Positions 8,845 to 17,185 of a stretch of DNA of 40,713 nucleotides are shown here, in pieces (the stretch's first letter is position 1; each line of letters begins with the position of its first letter). The position numbers and the translations under genes are program-made. Below the pieces are notes generated by a model that searched no databases, had not been told where the DNA came from, and worked only from the letters and a program-made list of their open reading frames with translations. This stretch comes from an uncultured Candidatus Saccharibacteria bacterium (GTDB taxonomy: Bacteria; Patescibacteriota; Minisyncoccia; Phycocordibacterales; EsbW-18): contig CAZWLQ010000004.1 of the NCBI GenBank assembly GCA_964634615.1, forward strand, positions 730-41,442. The letters are read 5' to 3'.

Positions 8845-10563
8845 ATGAGTTCTCCCGTTGAACAGATCAAAGATAGGCTGCCAATCCTTGATGTGATCTC
8901 GTCCTACATCAAGGTGGAGAAGAGTGGCAAAAACTTCAAGGCGAAGTGTCCTTTTCATAATGAAAAGACCGCCTCGTTTTTCATTTCGCCTGAGCGCAAC
9001 TCGTACTACTGCTTCGGGTGTGGTGCAAAGGGGGACGTCTTTTCATTTGTTGAAAGCTTTGAAGGAGTTGATTTCATGGGCGCGCTCAAAATGCTCTCGG
9101 AGCGAGCCGGTATCGTCCTCGATCCAAAAAACGCGGGACGTCCTGACCCAAACGGTCGCATCTATGCTGCAGTCAAAGAAGCGGTTGCATTCTTCAGAAC
9201 AAACTTTGAAGAAAACAATACCGCTCGCGACTATGTCAGAAGTAGAGGTATCACCGAAGCTACGGTTAAGAACTTCTCGCTTGGATGGGCGCAAGGGGAA
9301 TGGCGAGCACTCTTTGACCACCTTTCAAAAAAAGGATTCAGAACCGACGAAATCATTCGCGCCGGATTGGCAAAGCAAAAGATGGATGACAAAGGTGTCA
9401 CTGGAAGCCATCCCTACGATGTGTTTCGTGAACGTGTGATGTTCCCAATCTTTGACGCATCGGGTCGTGCGGTGGCATTTTCCGGACGAATTTTAGGGAA
9501 AGGGGACGAGCATACACCAAAATATGTAAACTCGCCGGAGACGCCAATTTTTAAGAAATCAGAGATTCTATATGGCTTTGATCGCGCAAAGCAATCAATT
9601 CGTCAATATAATTTTTCGATTCTTGTCGAAGGGCAGATTGATCTTGTGATGACGCACCAAGCAGGATTCACCAATACGGTTGCATCGATGGGCACTGCCA
9701 TCACCCCATTCCACATGGAACGTTTGAAGCGTATATCAGGCAACATCGTGATTGCACTTGATGCGGATGATGCTGGCGTTGCATCAGCGCTTAAAACAGC
9801 AAAGATTGCCATCACATCAGGCATGGATGTAAAAGTCGCGGTGTTGCCCGAAGGCAAAGATCCTGCAGATGTTGTGCAGGAGGACAAGGAAAAGTGGAAA
9901 GAGAGTGTCAGAACCGCAAAACATGTCATTGATTTCTTGCTCGAACGAATTCTTGCGCACGAAAAGGACTCTCGAAAAGCAAAGCAGCGAGTTACACGAG
10001 AGCTTTTGCCATACGTTGCATTGATTGAGAATGGTATCGACCAGGCACACTTCATCACAAGAATCGCAAGCGCACTTGGAATTGACGACGCAATTGTTGC
10101 TGAAGAAGTGCGAAAAATTCCTCAAGGAGATATTGAACTTCCAAGGCAAAAAGAGGAGCCAGCAAAAGCAAATTCCCCCCGTTATGATCGCTTGACCAGA
10201 ATTCTCTACGGCATCCTTCTCTGGAAAGAACGGGAGGAAAAACCGGACATTGATCCAGAAATCTTGCGCGCCGATCTCACGCGCATCCTTACCATGTCGC
10301 CCGATACGCTTTATCCGTTGGAAGAACGTGATGCGATAGCATTTGAGGCCGAGGTTGCCTATCAAGAGTCTGCGCACATTGATCGGCACATCAAAGAGAT
10401 GCTCACATTTCTTGAGGAGCACGCGCTCAAGGAAGAACTAACACGAGCGATGGCCGAACTCACCAGAGCCGAACGGGAAGGAAAGGGAGGAGAAGCGCCG
10501 GAATTGCTGGAGAAGTGCCGAGAGATAACAAAACGTTTGAATACATTACAAAGCCATTCATAA
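8845..10563 (+). CDS. dnaG: DNA primase
   Basis: CHC2 zinc finger [41 protein letters not shown] motifs [10 protein letters not shown] and ALDADDAG. Confidence 0.95.
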   Translation: MSSPVEQIKDRLPILDVISSYIKVEKSGKNFKAKCPFHNEKTASFFISPERNSYYCFGCGAKGDVFSFVESFEGVDFMGALKMLSERAGIVLDPKNAGRPDPNGRIYAAVKEAVAFFRTNFEENNTARDYVRSRGITEATVKNFSLGWAQGEWRALFDHLSKKGFRTDEIIRAGLAKQKMDDKGVTGSHPYDVFRERVMFPIFDASGRAVAFSGRILGKGDEHTPKYVNSPETPIFKKSEILYGFDRAKQSIRQYNFSILVEGQIDLVMTHQAGFTNTVASMGTAITPFHMERLKRISGNIVIALDADDAGVASALKTAKIAITSGMDVKVAVLPEGKDPADVVQEDKEKWKESVRTAKHVIDFLLERILAHEKDSRKAKQRVTRELLPYVALIENGIDQAHFITRIASALGIDDAIVAEEVRKIPQGDIELPRQKEEPAKANSPRYDRLTRILYGILLWKEREEKPDIDPEILRADLTRILTMSPDTLYPLEERDAIAFEAEVAYQESAHIDRHIKEMLTFLEEHALKEELTRAMAELTRAEREGKGGEAPELLEKCREITKRLNTLQSHS

Positions 10564-10583
10564 ACATCACAATTACTCATCGT

Positions 10584-11879
10584 ATGAAAAAAACAAAATC
10601 TGCTACAAAGAAAAAGAAGGTTATTAAAAAGAAACCTACTCGAAAAGTAATGTCGGCATCACGAAAGACAGCGAAGAAAGCCCCACGCAAAGCTCTTAAA
10701 AAGAGTGCGAAGAAGGTGGCAAAAAAAGCAAAGAAGCCAGTAAAGGCACAAAAACCTGCAAAGCCGGCGAAGGTTGTCGTGGTGAAAGAGCGGAAGCTCA
10801 CGAAGAAAGAACACCAAATGCGTGACAAAGCAGAGAAGCTCTACCAAAAGGGGCGCGAGCGCGGCTTCGTCACATACGATGAGATTTTGAAGGAGTTCCC
10901 GAATATCGAGGATGATGTGATGTTCCTCGAAGAACTCTATGATGGTTTTGAAACCGAAGGCATCGATGTAATCGAGTCTGGTGGCTTGCTTGACTTAAAT
11001 GGTGGAGAGGGCGTCGAAGGAAAACACGCCTATCATCGCGAAGAAACACGCTATGACTCAATCCAGATGTACCTTCGTGATATCGGAAAGTACGATCTCT
11101 TGAACGGCAATCAAGAAAAGGAGCTCGCAAAGCGTATTGAAACGGGGGACGAAGAAGCAAAGAATATTCTTGCTCGAGCAAACCTCCGCTTGGTGGTTTC
11201 GATTGCAAAGAAATACGCAAACCGTAGCTCAAACCTCACCCTGCTCGACCTCATCCAGGAAGGAAATATTGGTCTCTTCAAGGCGGTCGAGAAATTTGAT
11301 TGGTCAAAGGGATTCAAGTTCTCGACGTATGCAACATGGTGGATTCGTCAAGCGGTCACGCGTGCGATTGCAGACCAATCTCGCACCATCCGTATTCCCG
11401 TACACATGGTGGAGACCATCGCGAAGTACAAGAGGATTGTGCGAAAGCTTGCGCAAGACCTCGGCCGCGAACCATTGCCCGAAGAAATTGCGGTTGAGAT
11501 GGGAATGGAGGTTGATAAGATTCACCACATCCAGCAAATCAATCAAAATACGGTTTCACTTGAACTTCCGGTGGGTGATGATGGTGATAGCGGCTCAACA
11601 CTCGGAGACTTCATCAAAGACGATCACATGCCGTCCCCCGACAAGGAAGCATCGCAGCGTATTCTTGCAGAGCACATCCAAGAAGTTCTTGGAGAACTCT
11701 CACCGAAGGAGCGAAAGATTCTTGAGCTCCGCAACGGTCTCGCGGACGGTATCGCACACACCCTCGAAGAAGTAGGAAAGGAGTTTGGTGTCACTCGCGA
11801 GCGTATCCGACAGATTGAAGCCAAGGCGCATGAGAAGATTCGACAACATCACAAAGCGCAACAACTGAAGAATTACTAG
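10584..11879 (+). CDS. rpoD: primary (group 1) sigma-70 factor with a lysine-rich N-terminal tail
   Basis: ORF 10515..11879; the ATG at 10584 is preferred because it lies after the dnaG stop. Region 1.2 [11 protein letters not shown], region 2 [17 protein letters not shown] and [16 protein letters not shown], region 4.2 [23 protein letters not shown]. dnaG-rpoD adjacency matches the classical macromolecular-synthesis operon. Confidence 0.93.
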   Translation: MKKTKSATKKKKVIKKKPTRKVMSASRKTAKKAPRKALKKSAKKVAKKAKKPVKAQKPAKPAKVVVVKERKLTKKEHQMRDKAEKLYQKGRERGFVTYDEILKEFPNIEDDVMFLEELYDGFETEGIDVIESGGLLDLNGGEGVEGKHAYHREETRYDSIQMYLRDIGKYDLLNGNQEKELAKRIETGDEEAKNILARANLRLVVSIAKKYANRSSNLTLLDLIQEGNIGLFKAVEKFDWSKGFKFSTYATWWIRQAVTRAIADQSRTIRIPVHMVETIAKYKRIVRKLAQDLGREPLPEEIAVEMGMEVDKIHHIQQINQNTVSLELPVGDDGDSGSTLGDFIKDDHMPSPDKEASQRILAEHIQEVLGELSPKERKILELRNGLADGIAHTLEEVGKEFGVTRERIRQIEAKAHEKIRQHHKAQQLKNY

Positions 11880-11890
11880 CGTAATTCTTC

Positions 11891-11923
11891 GCGGATAGTA
11901 CGCAGATAAAAATTCACGCAGAT
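11891..11923 (+). repeat. three GC(G/A)GAT boxes in the rpoD 3' UTR
   Basis: GCGGAT at 11891-11896, GCAGAT at 11902-11907, GCAGAT at 11918-11923. They lie between the rpoD stop and the terminator. Confidence 0.45.
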
Positions 11924-11936
11924 AAAGACGGAAAGC

Positions 11937-11962
11937 AAAATCTCCTTGCATAAGGAGATTTT
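11937..11962. terminator. rho-independent terminator after rpoD (A-run/T-run symmetric)
   Basis: AAAATCTCCTT-gcat-AAGGAGATTTT, a perfect 11-bp stem. Confidence 0.7.
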
Positions 11963-11968
11963 GTGCCA

Positions 11969-11996
11969 TTGACATAACATTTTAAAATAGTAGTAT
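11969..11996 (+). promoter_or_regulatory. promoter candidate for the 141-aa ORF
   Basis: TTGACA (11969-11974), 16-nt spacer, TAGTAT (11991-11996). TAAAAT at 11983-11988 is an alternative -10. Either choice leaves almost no leader before ATG 11998, or points to the in-frame ATG at 12022. Confidence 0.35.
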
Positions 11997-11997
11997 C

Positions 11998-12423
11998 ATG
12001 TACCAGATATTCGTCCAACCCATGGAGGGGAGGATCAGAGATTCTTGTGAAAGGAACGCTGTGCCGAGCGAACTCATAGCAAAAACACCTCAAGAACTTG
12101 GCTTCACCAACAATGTCCCTGTGAAGGAATTCCTTGCGCGCTGTGCGGAGAACGGACTATCTCTGCTTCCGGCTGAGGAAATGATTCAACTGGAGGAGGG
12201 TAGTAGGGCTTACTGTGGTATGACTTACCTCCTTAGTGGCCCACTTCAAGGGCCCAATGCTTCGGAGCCATTCATTGTCCGTAGGTTCGAAGAAGGGCGT
12301 TGCGAGGATTTCTTTGTCGTGAACTTGCCGGAGATCTACCCATCCTGGAAGGTTCCTCTCCTCTGGACCTTCTTGCTCCGGATTACCCCCTTGGAGAATG
12401 GTCGGCAGGAGTCCTGGGAGTAG
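11998..12423 (+). CDS. hypothetical protein (141 aa), no recognisable family
   Basis: Open frame with about one third G-starting codons, which is coding-like. It has its own promoter-like sequence and a strong terminator. AGG/AGA/CGG/GGG/CTG codons are essentially absent from the sampled rpoB codons. The start is ambiguous (11998 or 12022). An antisense ORF, 12157..12681, also stays open. Confidence 0.45.
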   Translation: MYQIFVQPMEGRIRDSCERNAVPSELIAKTPQELGFTNNVPVKEFLARCAENGLSLLPAEEMIQLEEGSRAYCGMTYLLSGPLQGPNASEPFIVRRFEEGRCEDFFVVNLPEIYPSWKVPLLWTFLLRITPLENGRQESWE

Positions 12424-12438
12424 GCGACGGTACGAATA

Positions 12439-12467
12439 GGCCTGGAGAAATCCAGGCCCTTTGTTTT
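12439..12467 (+). terminator. rho-independent terminator
   Basis: GGCCTGGA-gaaa-TCCAGGCC followed by CTTTGTTTT. Confidence 0.75.
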
Positions 12468-12470
12468 GTC

Positions 12471-12479
12471 TGCTAAAAT
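12471..12479 (+). promoter_or_regulatory. extended -10 promoter candidate predicting a leaderless nuclease mRNA
   Basis: TGcTAAAAT. The A of ATG 12486 lies 7 nt after the -10 hexamer. The only GAGG is 2 nt from the ATG, too close to act as a Shine-Dalgarno site. Confidence 0.35.
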
Positions 12480-12485
12480 GAGGCA

Positions 12486-13304
12486 ATGGCAAAGAAACGC
12501 TATCCGATCGAACACTGGAGCTATTCATCTTTGATAGCGTACTTGAGAAATCCACTTGCGTGGCATAAGCGCTATGTTGAAGGCGTGTTTGATACGCCCT
12601 CAACCCCTGCATCCGCGGTTGGTCGTGCTGCTCACAAGGCACTGGAGCATTTTTATGGAGGTTTTGATGCAGTCGCAGCAATCGATCTCGGGCTCGAATT
12701 TCTTCGTCTGGTTCCTGATTTCGAAATCAATTTTGGAAAAGCAGTAACTCGTAGTGCCAAAAAGAAAAAACGTCTCGACATGGAGCGAGAATATCTTCAA
12801 GCGATTGGTTTCTATCTCGAAAAACCGCCAAAGCATAGAATTCTTGGCATTGAAGTAAAAGCACTCACACACATTCCGGGAATTCCTATTCCCGTTAAGG
12901 CGATTTCAGATCTTGTGGTGGTTTCGAGTATTGATACAAAAGCGGTTGATATCATTGACCATAAGTTCGTTGATTCGTTTGGGAGCGTTGAGATTGATAA
13001 TCCGCTCTTCATGGTGCAGGCACTCTTCAACTACTACACAGTTCTTTCCCAGTTCAAACGACCGGTCAGACGTTTTATCGTGTACGAGTGTAGAAAGCGA
13101 AAGAATAAGAATGGAAAGCCACAGTTGAAACGCCATGTGATTGATTTTAGGAAACACGAAGAAGAGTTTGTCCTTTTCCATCGATTGGTGAAAGACGCAA
13201 CCAAAGATCTCTTGTCGCGAAAGATCTTCTTGCCGAACCCGTCGGACATGTTTGAGGGAAAGAATTCACTCCAAGTGTATCGGTGGGGACTTGAGAAGGA
13301 ATAA
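12486..13304 (+). CDS. PD-(D/E)XK nuclease, RecB/Cas4-like, without Fe-S cysteines
   Basis: 272 aa. N-terminal WSYSSLIAYLRNPLAWHKRYV is typical of PDDEXK_1-type nucleases. ISDLVV...IIDHKF gives the D...(D/E)xK motif. MVQALFNYY gives the RecB-family QxxxY motif. There is one Cys in total, so no Cas4-type 4Fe-4S cluster. It is more A+T-rich than its neighbours. Confidence 0.8.
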   Translation: MAKKRYPIEHWSYSSLIAYLRNPLAWHKRYVEGVFDTPSTPASAVGRAAHKALEHFYGGFDAVAAIDLGLEFLRLVPDFEINFGKAVTRSAKKKKRLDMEREYLQAIGFYLEKPPKHRILGIEVKALTHIPGIPIPVKAISDLVVVSSIDTKAVDIIDHKFVDSFGSVEIDNPLFMVQALFNYYTVLSQFKRPVRRFIVYECRKRKNKNGKPQLKRHVIDFRKHEEEFVLFHRLVKDATKDLLSRKIFLPNPSDMFEGKNSLQVYRWGLEKE

Positions 13305-13306
13305 GG

Positions 13307-13346
13307 TCGCGAATATCTGCGAATAGAGACGCGAATGCACGCAAAT
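13307..13346 (+). repeat. four phased GCGAAT-like boxes
   Basis: GCGAAT at 13309, 13319 and 13331, and GCAAAT at 13341. Spacing is 10, 12 and 10 nt. They lie between the nuclease stop (13304) and the terminator. Confidence 0.55.
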
Positions 13347-13380
13347 AAAAACACCGACCTTTTGAGAGGCCGGTGTTTTT
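13347..13380. terminator. bidirectional rho-independent terminator between convergent genes
   Basis: AAAAACACCGACC (13347-13359) pairs with GGCCGGTGTTTTT (13368-13380) with one mismatch. The A-run and T-run flanks allow function on both strands. Confidence 0.75.
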
Positions 13381-13393
13381 GCTACAGAGTTAA

Positions 13394-14086
13394 TTACTGT
13401 GTTACCGATCCATCATCTGCCAAGATCGTGTCAATGACTTGCTTCACCACATCATATGGCTGTGCGCCGTTGATTGGGAAGGTATCGCCATCCTTGGTGA
13501 GGATGATGCTGTACGGTGTGCCACGGCCACCTGCTTTAAGTGCTGCGTCACCATCGGCCTTCACGCGTGCTGCAAAGGTCTTTGCGGCGATACAACTATC
13601 GAGCGCTGTTCTATTAACGCCAAGTGTTGCCGCAATTGTTCCAAGCTCTGCGCCCGTCTCTGTTCCAGAAAAGAGTGTCGCGAGATATTTCCAGTACACA
13701 TCGTTACCCGCAAGTGATGCGACACATTCAGCACTCTCTGCCTTGAGGCGTGCTTCAGGGTGGAGCTGATCAAGCGGAAAGTTGCGGTAGACCCATGATA
13801 CATTTCCGGTCTTGCCGTATTCGTCAACGATACGCTGCATCGTTGCATGAAAGTCCTTACAAAACGGGCAATCGATATCAGAGTATTCGATGATTGTAAT
13901 GGGTGCGTTTGGGCTACCAAGAACGTGGTCAGCCGCTGATACTGGGGCGACGACGATTTCGTCCGGAGTGCCATCATCGTTCACATCCGGGGCAGCGTCT
14001 TTTGATTTGAAGAAGACTGCGCCTGCAACGAGGGCTCCCGCAACCAAAATCGCAATCGGGATAAGCATTTTGTTCTCTTGTTCCAT
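13394..14086 (-). CDS. membrane-anchored DsbA-family thiol:disulfide oxidoreductase
   Basis: N-terminal transmembrane helix MLIPIAILVAGALVAGAVFF. Thioredoxin-fold CxxC site in IIEYSDIDCPFCKDFH. Confidence 0.88.
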   Translation of the reverse strand: MEQENKMLIPIAILVAGALVAGAVFFKSKDAAPDVNDDGTPDEIVVAPVSAADHVLGSPNAPITIIEYSDIDCPFCKDFHATMQRIVDEYGKTGNVSWVYRNFPLDQLHPEARLKAESAECVASLAGNDVYWKYLATLFSGTETGAELGTIAATLGVNRTALDSCIAAKTFAARVKADGDAALKAGGRGTPYSIILTKDGDTFPINGAQPYDVVKQVIDTILADDGSVTQ

Positions 14087-14193
14087 ACGATAGCTTTTAG
14101 GAATAAATAAACCTGATAGATACTACGCCATAGAGTGTACCATGGGGGAAAAGTGCTGCGAATGGGCGTGGTACACTAGACCATATAGCGCAT

Positions 14194-14994
14194 ATGAGTA
14201 TTTTTGAAGGTATTTTGTTGGGTCTGACACAGGGATTAACCGAGTTTTTGCCGGTCTCATCAACCGGCCACTTGATTATTGTTCGTCAGCTTCTTGGTCT
14301 CCATGACCCTTCAGGGATCTTTTTTGACGCGGTGCTCCACTTGGCGACACTTTTGGCGGTCGCACTCTATTTCAGGCGAGATATTGGAGCGCTTGTCATG
14401 ACCGCGTGGAAATACATTCGTCGCAAACCGCTCGATGAGAATGAAAAAAACTTTTTCCTCGCGATTGTACTCGGGACGATTCCTGCGATTATCCTCGGAC
14501 TCATTTTTGAAGATGCAATCAGTACGTCAGCGCGAAGCACGATGGTTGTTGCGTGGGGCTTGGTCATCGGCTCGATTGTGATGTTTGCTGCAGAACGTCA
14601 TGTGAGGACCGACGCACAGGTGCAGGTGACACCTCGTCTTGGCTGGCGCCTTGGACTATTTCAGGCGTTCGCCCTCTTTCCTGGCATCTCTCGTTCGGGC
14701 AGTACGATTTCAGGAGGACTTTTTTCTGGCATGACACGCTCTGATGCAACACGGTTTGCTTTTGTGCTCTCATTTCCAATTCTCCTTGGTGCAGGAAGTG
14801 TGTCGGCGCTTGAGCTTTTTAAAGCGCCACTACTTCATGTGTCAGCATCGCTCGTTGCCGCATTCATAACCGCTCTTGTTTCAGCATTTATCGCGATTCA
14901 TTTCCTTCTCAAATTTGTACGTACACGAACCCTGCACCCATTCATTTGGTATCGGCTGATTCTCGCTGCGCTCCTCTTTTTCTTTCCGTTTTAA
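14194..14994 (+). CDS. uppP: undecaprenyl-diphosphate phosphatase
   Basis: LTEFLPVSSTGHL and PGISRSGSTISGG signature motifs. A polytopic hydrophobic protein of 266 aa. Confidence 0.95.
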   Translation: MSIFEGILLGLTQGLTEFLPVSSTGHLIIVRQLLGLHDPSGIFFDAVLHLATLLAVALYFRRDIGALVMTAWKYIRRKPLDENEKNFFLAIVLGTIPAIILGLIFEDAISTSARSTMVVAWGLVIGSIVMFAAERHVRTDAQVQVTPRLGWRLGLFQAFALFPGISRSGSTISGGLFSGMTRSDATRFAFVLSFPILLGAGSVSALELFKAPLLHVSASLVAAFITALVSAFIAIHFLLKFVRTRTLHPFIWYRLILAALLFFFPF

Positions 14995-15566
14995 AATCCC
15001 AACGAGTAGGTGAGTGAATGATCACCCTTGTCTTCCCAGCCGGTGGTGTCAATTGCGAGCTCTTTCGTCTCCGGGCCGTCTTTGTATTTGATTTTCTTAT
15101 TTTGGAGGATGAACTCATAAAGCTCTTTGGTCACCCTCACGTCTTGAATACAATAGTCACGAATTTCCTGCACCCGTCCTTCCTTCCACCAGTGGTATGC
15201 CTGAAGTCCGTCAGCACTTTTGCTGACCTTCAAGGTTGAACCCGCAACATTCTTGAGGGATAGTCGCCGACCGAGCGCAGTTTTGATTGAGACCATCATG
15301 TCAATTGATTTGATTGAGCGAAGCGAGCCGGGGTAGTACTTGTCCAACAAGGGGATATCGAAGTGGTCAGAATTGAATCCAATCAACACATCAGCTTTCT
15401 CAAAAATCGGCCACATCTGAGGGAACTCTTCCTGTGTGTATGAGGAGTACGTGTCGGTCTCGGAGTCATAGAGCGCAAGGACAGAAATATCAAGCAAGGC
15501 CGGATCGTTTTTTCCGACATCTTCAAAAAGGTTTCGAGTTTCGATATCAAAGACGACTTTTCGCAT
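14991..15566 (-). CDS. stand-alone DEDD 3'-5' exonuclease (RNase H-like fold, PolB-exonuclease-like)
   Basis: The ATG at 15566 is preferred (MRKVVFDIET), 4 nt after the hisS stop. ExoI FDIET, ExoII GFNSDHFDIPLL, ExoIII YCIQDVRVT. Confidence 0.8.
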   Translation of the reverse strand: MRKVVFDIETRNLFEDVGKNDPALLDISVLALYDSETDTYSSYTQEEFPQMWPIFEKADVLIGFNSDHFDIPLLDKYYPGSLRSIKSIDMMVSIKTALGRRLSLKNVAGSTLKVSKSADGLQAYHWWKEGRVQEIRDYCIQDVRVTKELYEFILQNKKIKYKDGPETKELAIDTTGWEDKGDHSLTYSLGF

Positions 15567-15570
15567 ACGA

Positions 15571-16869
15571 TTATCGCTTTGTGACGAATCCAGCAATGCC
15601 GTCTTGTGAGAGTGCGGTTTCGGTTCCTGTCGAAAGTTCTTTTACCGAATAGGTGCCACTTGCAAGCTCCTTGCTACCCACGACCACGATGAACGGCACG
15701 TTCATTTTCTCAGCGGTTTTGATTTGATCACCAAGTTTTGCATCTTTCATCGAAAGCACGACGCGCGCGCCTTGTGCACGAAGTGACTCTGCAACCGCAT
15801 GTGCTTTCAGGCGGTCATTTTCATCAATAACACAGAGCATGATATCAGCGGGAGACTGGTGTTTTGGCAGAAGCCCCCGAATTTCAAGGAAATCTTTTAT
15901 CGTCACGTCTCCCATGCCGAAGCCAACCGCAGGAACACCTTCATCAGAGAAAAGTTCAAGGAGGCGATCGTATCGGCCACCACCAAAGAGTGCGCGGTTA
16001 TTTTCTGGACTCGTATCAAAGAGCTCAAATACGATGCCGGTGTAGTAGTCAAAACCGCGCATCAACGTTGGATCAAATACCACGTTGGTGATGCCCACAC
16101 TGGCCAATCCTGCGATAAGTTGCTCAAGGTCATCAACCCACTTGGTGTCACCAACACAGTGTGGCATGTGTGCGCGGAGCTCGGCGATGTTTTTTGCTCT
16201 GAAGATGTTCAAGAGCATATCCGCGCCAACGCCAAGAATTTTCACAAGCGCTTCTTCGAACTCGCTCTCGCTCATCTTTGCCTTTCGATCAATCAAGCCA
16301 GCTGCGGCACGACGCTCTTCTTCAGTGATAGCAAAACAATCTGTAAAGAGCGTGTGGTACATCGCTCGGTGATTTATCTTCACAACGAAGTCTTGTTTCG
16401 TCGCACCAAATGCTTCCATCACGCGTGATGCAATGGTAATAGTCTCTACTTCGGCAGTAATACCAGGAACACCAAAGATGTCGACATTCAACTGCCAGTG
16501 TTCTCGAAGACGTCCACGCTGTGGGCGTTCATAGCGGAATACGTTCGGGATTGAGAACCAGCGAACAGGGAAGGTAAGCTCACGGCGTTTTCCTGCGATC
16601 ATGCGCGCAACCGTTGGAGTCATCTCTGGACGAAGCGTTACCTGGCGTTCGCCTCGGTCGGTAAAGGTGTAGGTTTGTTCGTTGACGTGTTCTTCGTTGG
16701 TTTTTGCGGAATAGAGTTCTGCGGGTTCGAGTAACGATGCGTTGTATTCTTCATACCCATAGCGAGCAAGAACAGAACGCCATGTATCAAAGATATAGTT
16801 TTGAATTGCTTGGTCCTCCGGATAAAAATCACGGACACCCTTGTAGGATTCGGTTGAAAGCTTTGTCAT
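15571..16869 (-). CDS. hisS: histidine--tRNA ligase
   Basis: GVRDFYPED, LRPEMTPTVARM, motif 2 FRYERPQRGRLREHWQ and motif 3 FGGGRYD. Confidence 0.95.
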   Translation of the reverse strand: MTKLSTESYKGVRDFYPEDQAIQNYIFDTWRSVLARYGYEEYNASLLEPAELYSAKTNEEHVNEQTYTFTDRGERQVTLRPEMTPTVARMIAGKRRELTFPVRWFSIPNVFRYERPQRGRLREHWQLNVDIFGVPGITAEVETITIASRVMEAFGATKQDFVVKINHRAMYHTLFTDCFAITEEERRAAAGLIDRKAKMSESEFEEALVKILGVGADMLLNIFRAKNIAELRAHMPHCVGDTKWVDDLEQLIAGLASVGITNVVFDPTLMRGFDYYTGIVFELFDTSPENNRALFGGGRYDRLLELFSDEGVPAVGFGMGDVTIKDFLEIRGLLPKHQSPADIMLCVIDENDRLKAHAVAESLRAQGARVVLSMKDAKLGDQIKTAEKMNVPFIVVVGSKELASGTYSVKELSTGTETALSQDGIAGFVTKR

Positions 16870-16896
16870 GTGGCTCTAGTGTACGGAAATTTCGGG

Positions 16897-16926
16897 AAAT
16901 AGAAAAGGCCTCGCCGAAGCGAAGCC
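16897..16926 (-). terminator. rho-independent terminator about 30 nt upstream of the hisS ATG
   Basis: On the - strand, GGCUUCGC-UUCG-GCGAGGCC (8 bp including one G.U, UUCG tetraloop) is followed by UUUUCUAUUU. Confidence 0.7.
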
Positions 16927-17179
16927 CTATGACCGAACTGACCGTGTGGTCAGGGAAGTAAGAACTGCATACGCGCGTCGGTTGAAACGGTTTCCCGTCT
17001 CGTCGTGTTTTAAACGGCTCTCAGAGGCTTCACGACACCGTTTTTGCAGGTCGAACTTCGTCTTGACGAAGCTCGACTCAACGCCTTGTTCAAGGAACCA
17101 CCCCCTCAGCAAGCTCTCCTAGGAGGCAACTGCCGCTCCGATCAGGAGGACAAAAGAGGATGAACCCAACGCACGTACC
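16897..17179 (-). ncRNA. roughly 280-nt structured RNA: hisS leader/attenuator or independent sRNA, class unassigned
   Basis: Promoter at 17213-17186 and terminator at 16926-16897. A 12-bp long-range helix pairs UACGUGCGUUGG (17177-17166) with CCGACGCGCGUA (16981-16970). An 11-12-bp apical hairpin sits at 17076-17051. A GNRA hairpin GAGACGG-GAAA-CCGUUUC sits at 17001-16984, and CUGACC-ACAC-GGUCAG at 16952-16937. Only a 61-aa track ORF (16927..17112, -) falls here, and it has no coding support. Confidence 0.55.
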
Positions 17180-17185
17180 AAAAAC

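Noticed and set aside
9817-10422. 201-aa - strand ORF inside dnaG, plus the many 60-180-aa antisense ORFs in rpoB, rpoC, hisS and dnaK
   Set aside because: All are nested antisense to high-confidence conserved genes and have no independent signals.
10515-10583. Upstream extension of rpoD (start at 10515), and similar extensions of holB (21498), rpmJ (33896) and priA (19169)
   Set aside because: These extensions overlap the preceding gene or translate to non-homologous sequence. Internal ATGs give N-termini that match the families.
12157-12681. 174-aa ORF on the - strand spanning the 141-aa ORF, a terminator and the nuclease start
   Set aside because: It runs antisense through a strong + strand terminator and two separate + strand units. 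It has no start context, and its low-complexity Q/P/L-rich translation looks like an antisense shadow.
16897-17179. Calling the hisS leader a canonical T-box riboswitch
   Set aside because: GGGUGGUUCC resembles the T-box core, but it is not adjacent to the terminator and no antiterminator bulge can be drawn around it. Its UGGU would match an A73 discriminator rather than tRNA-His. I could not place a Stem I specifier loop with CAC or CAU.
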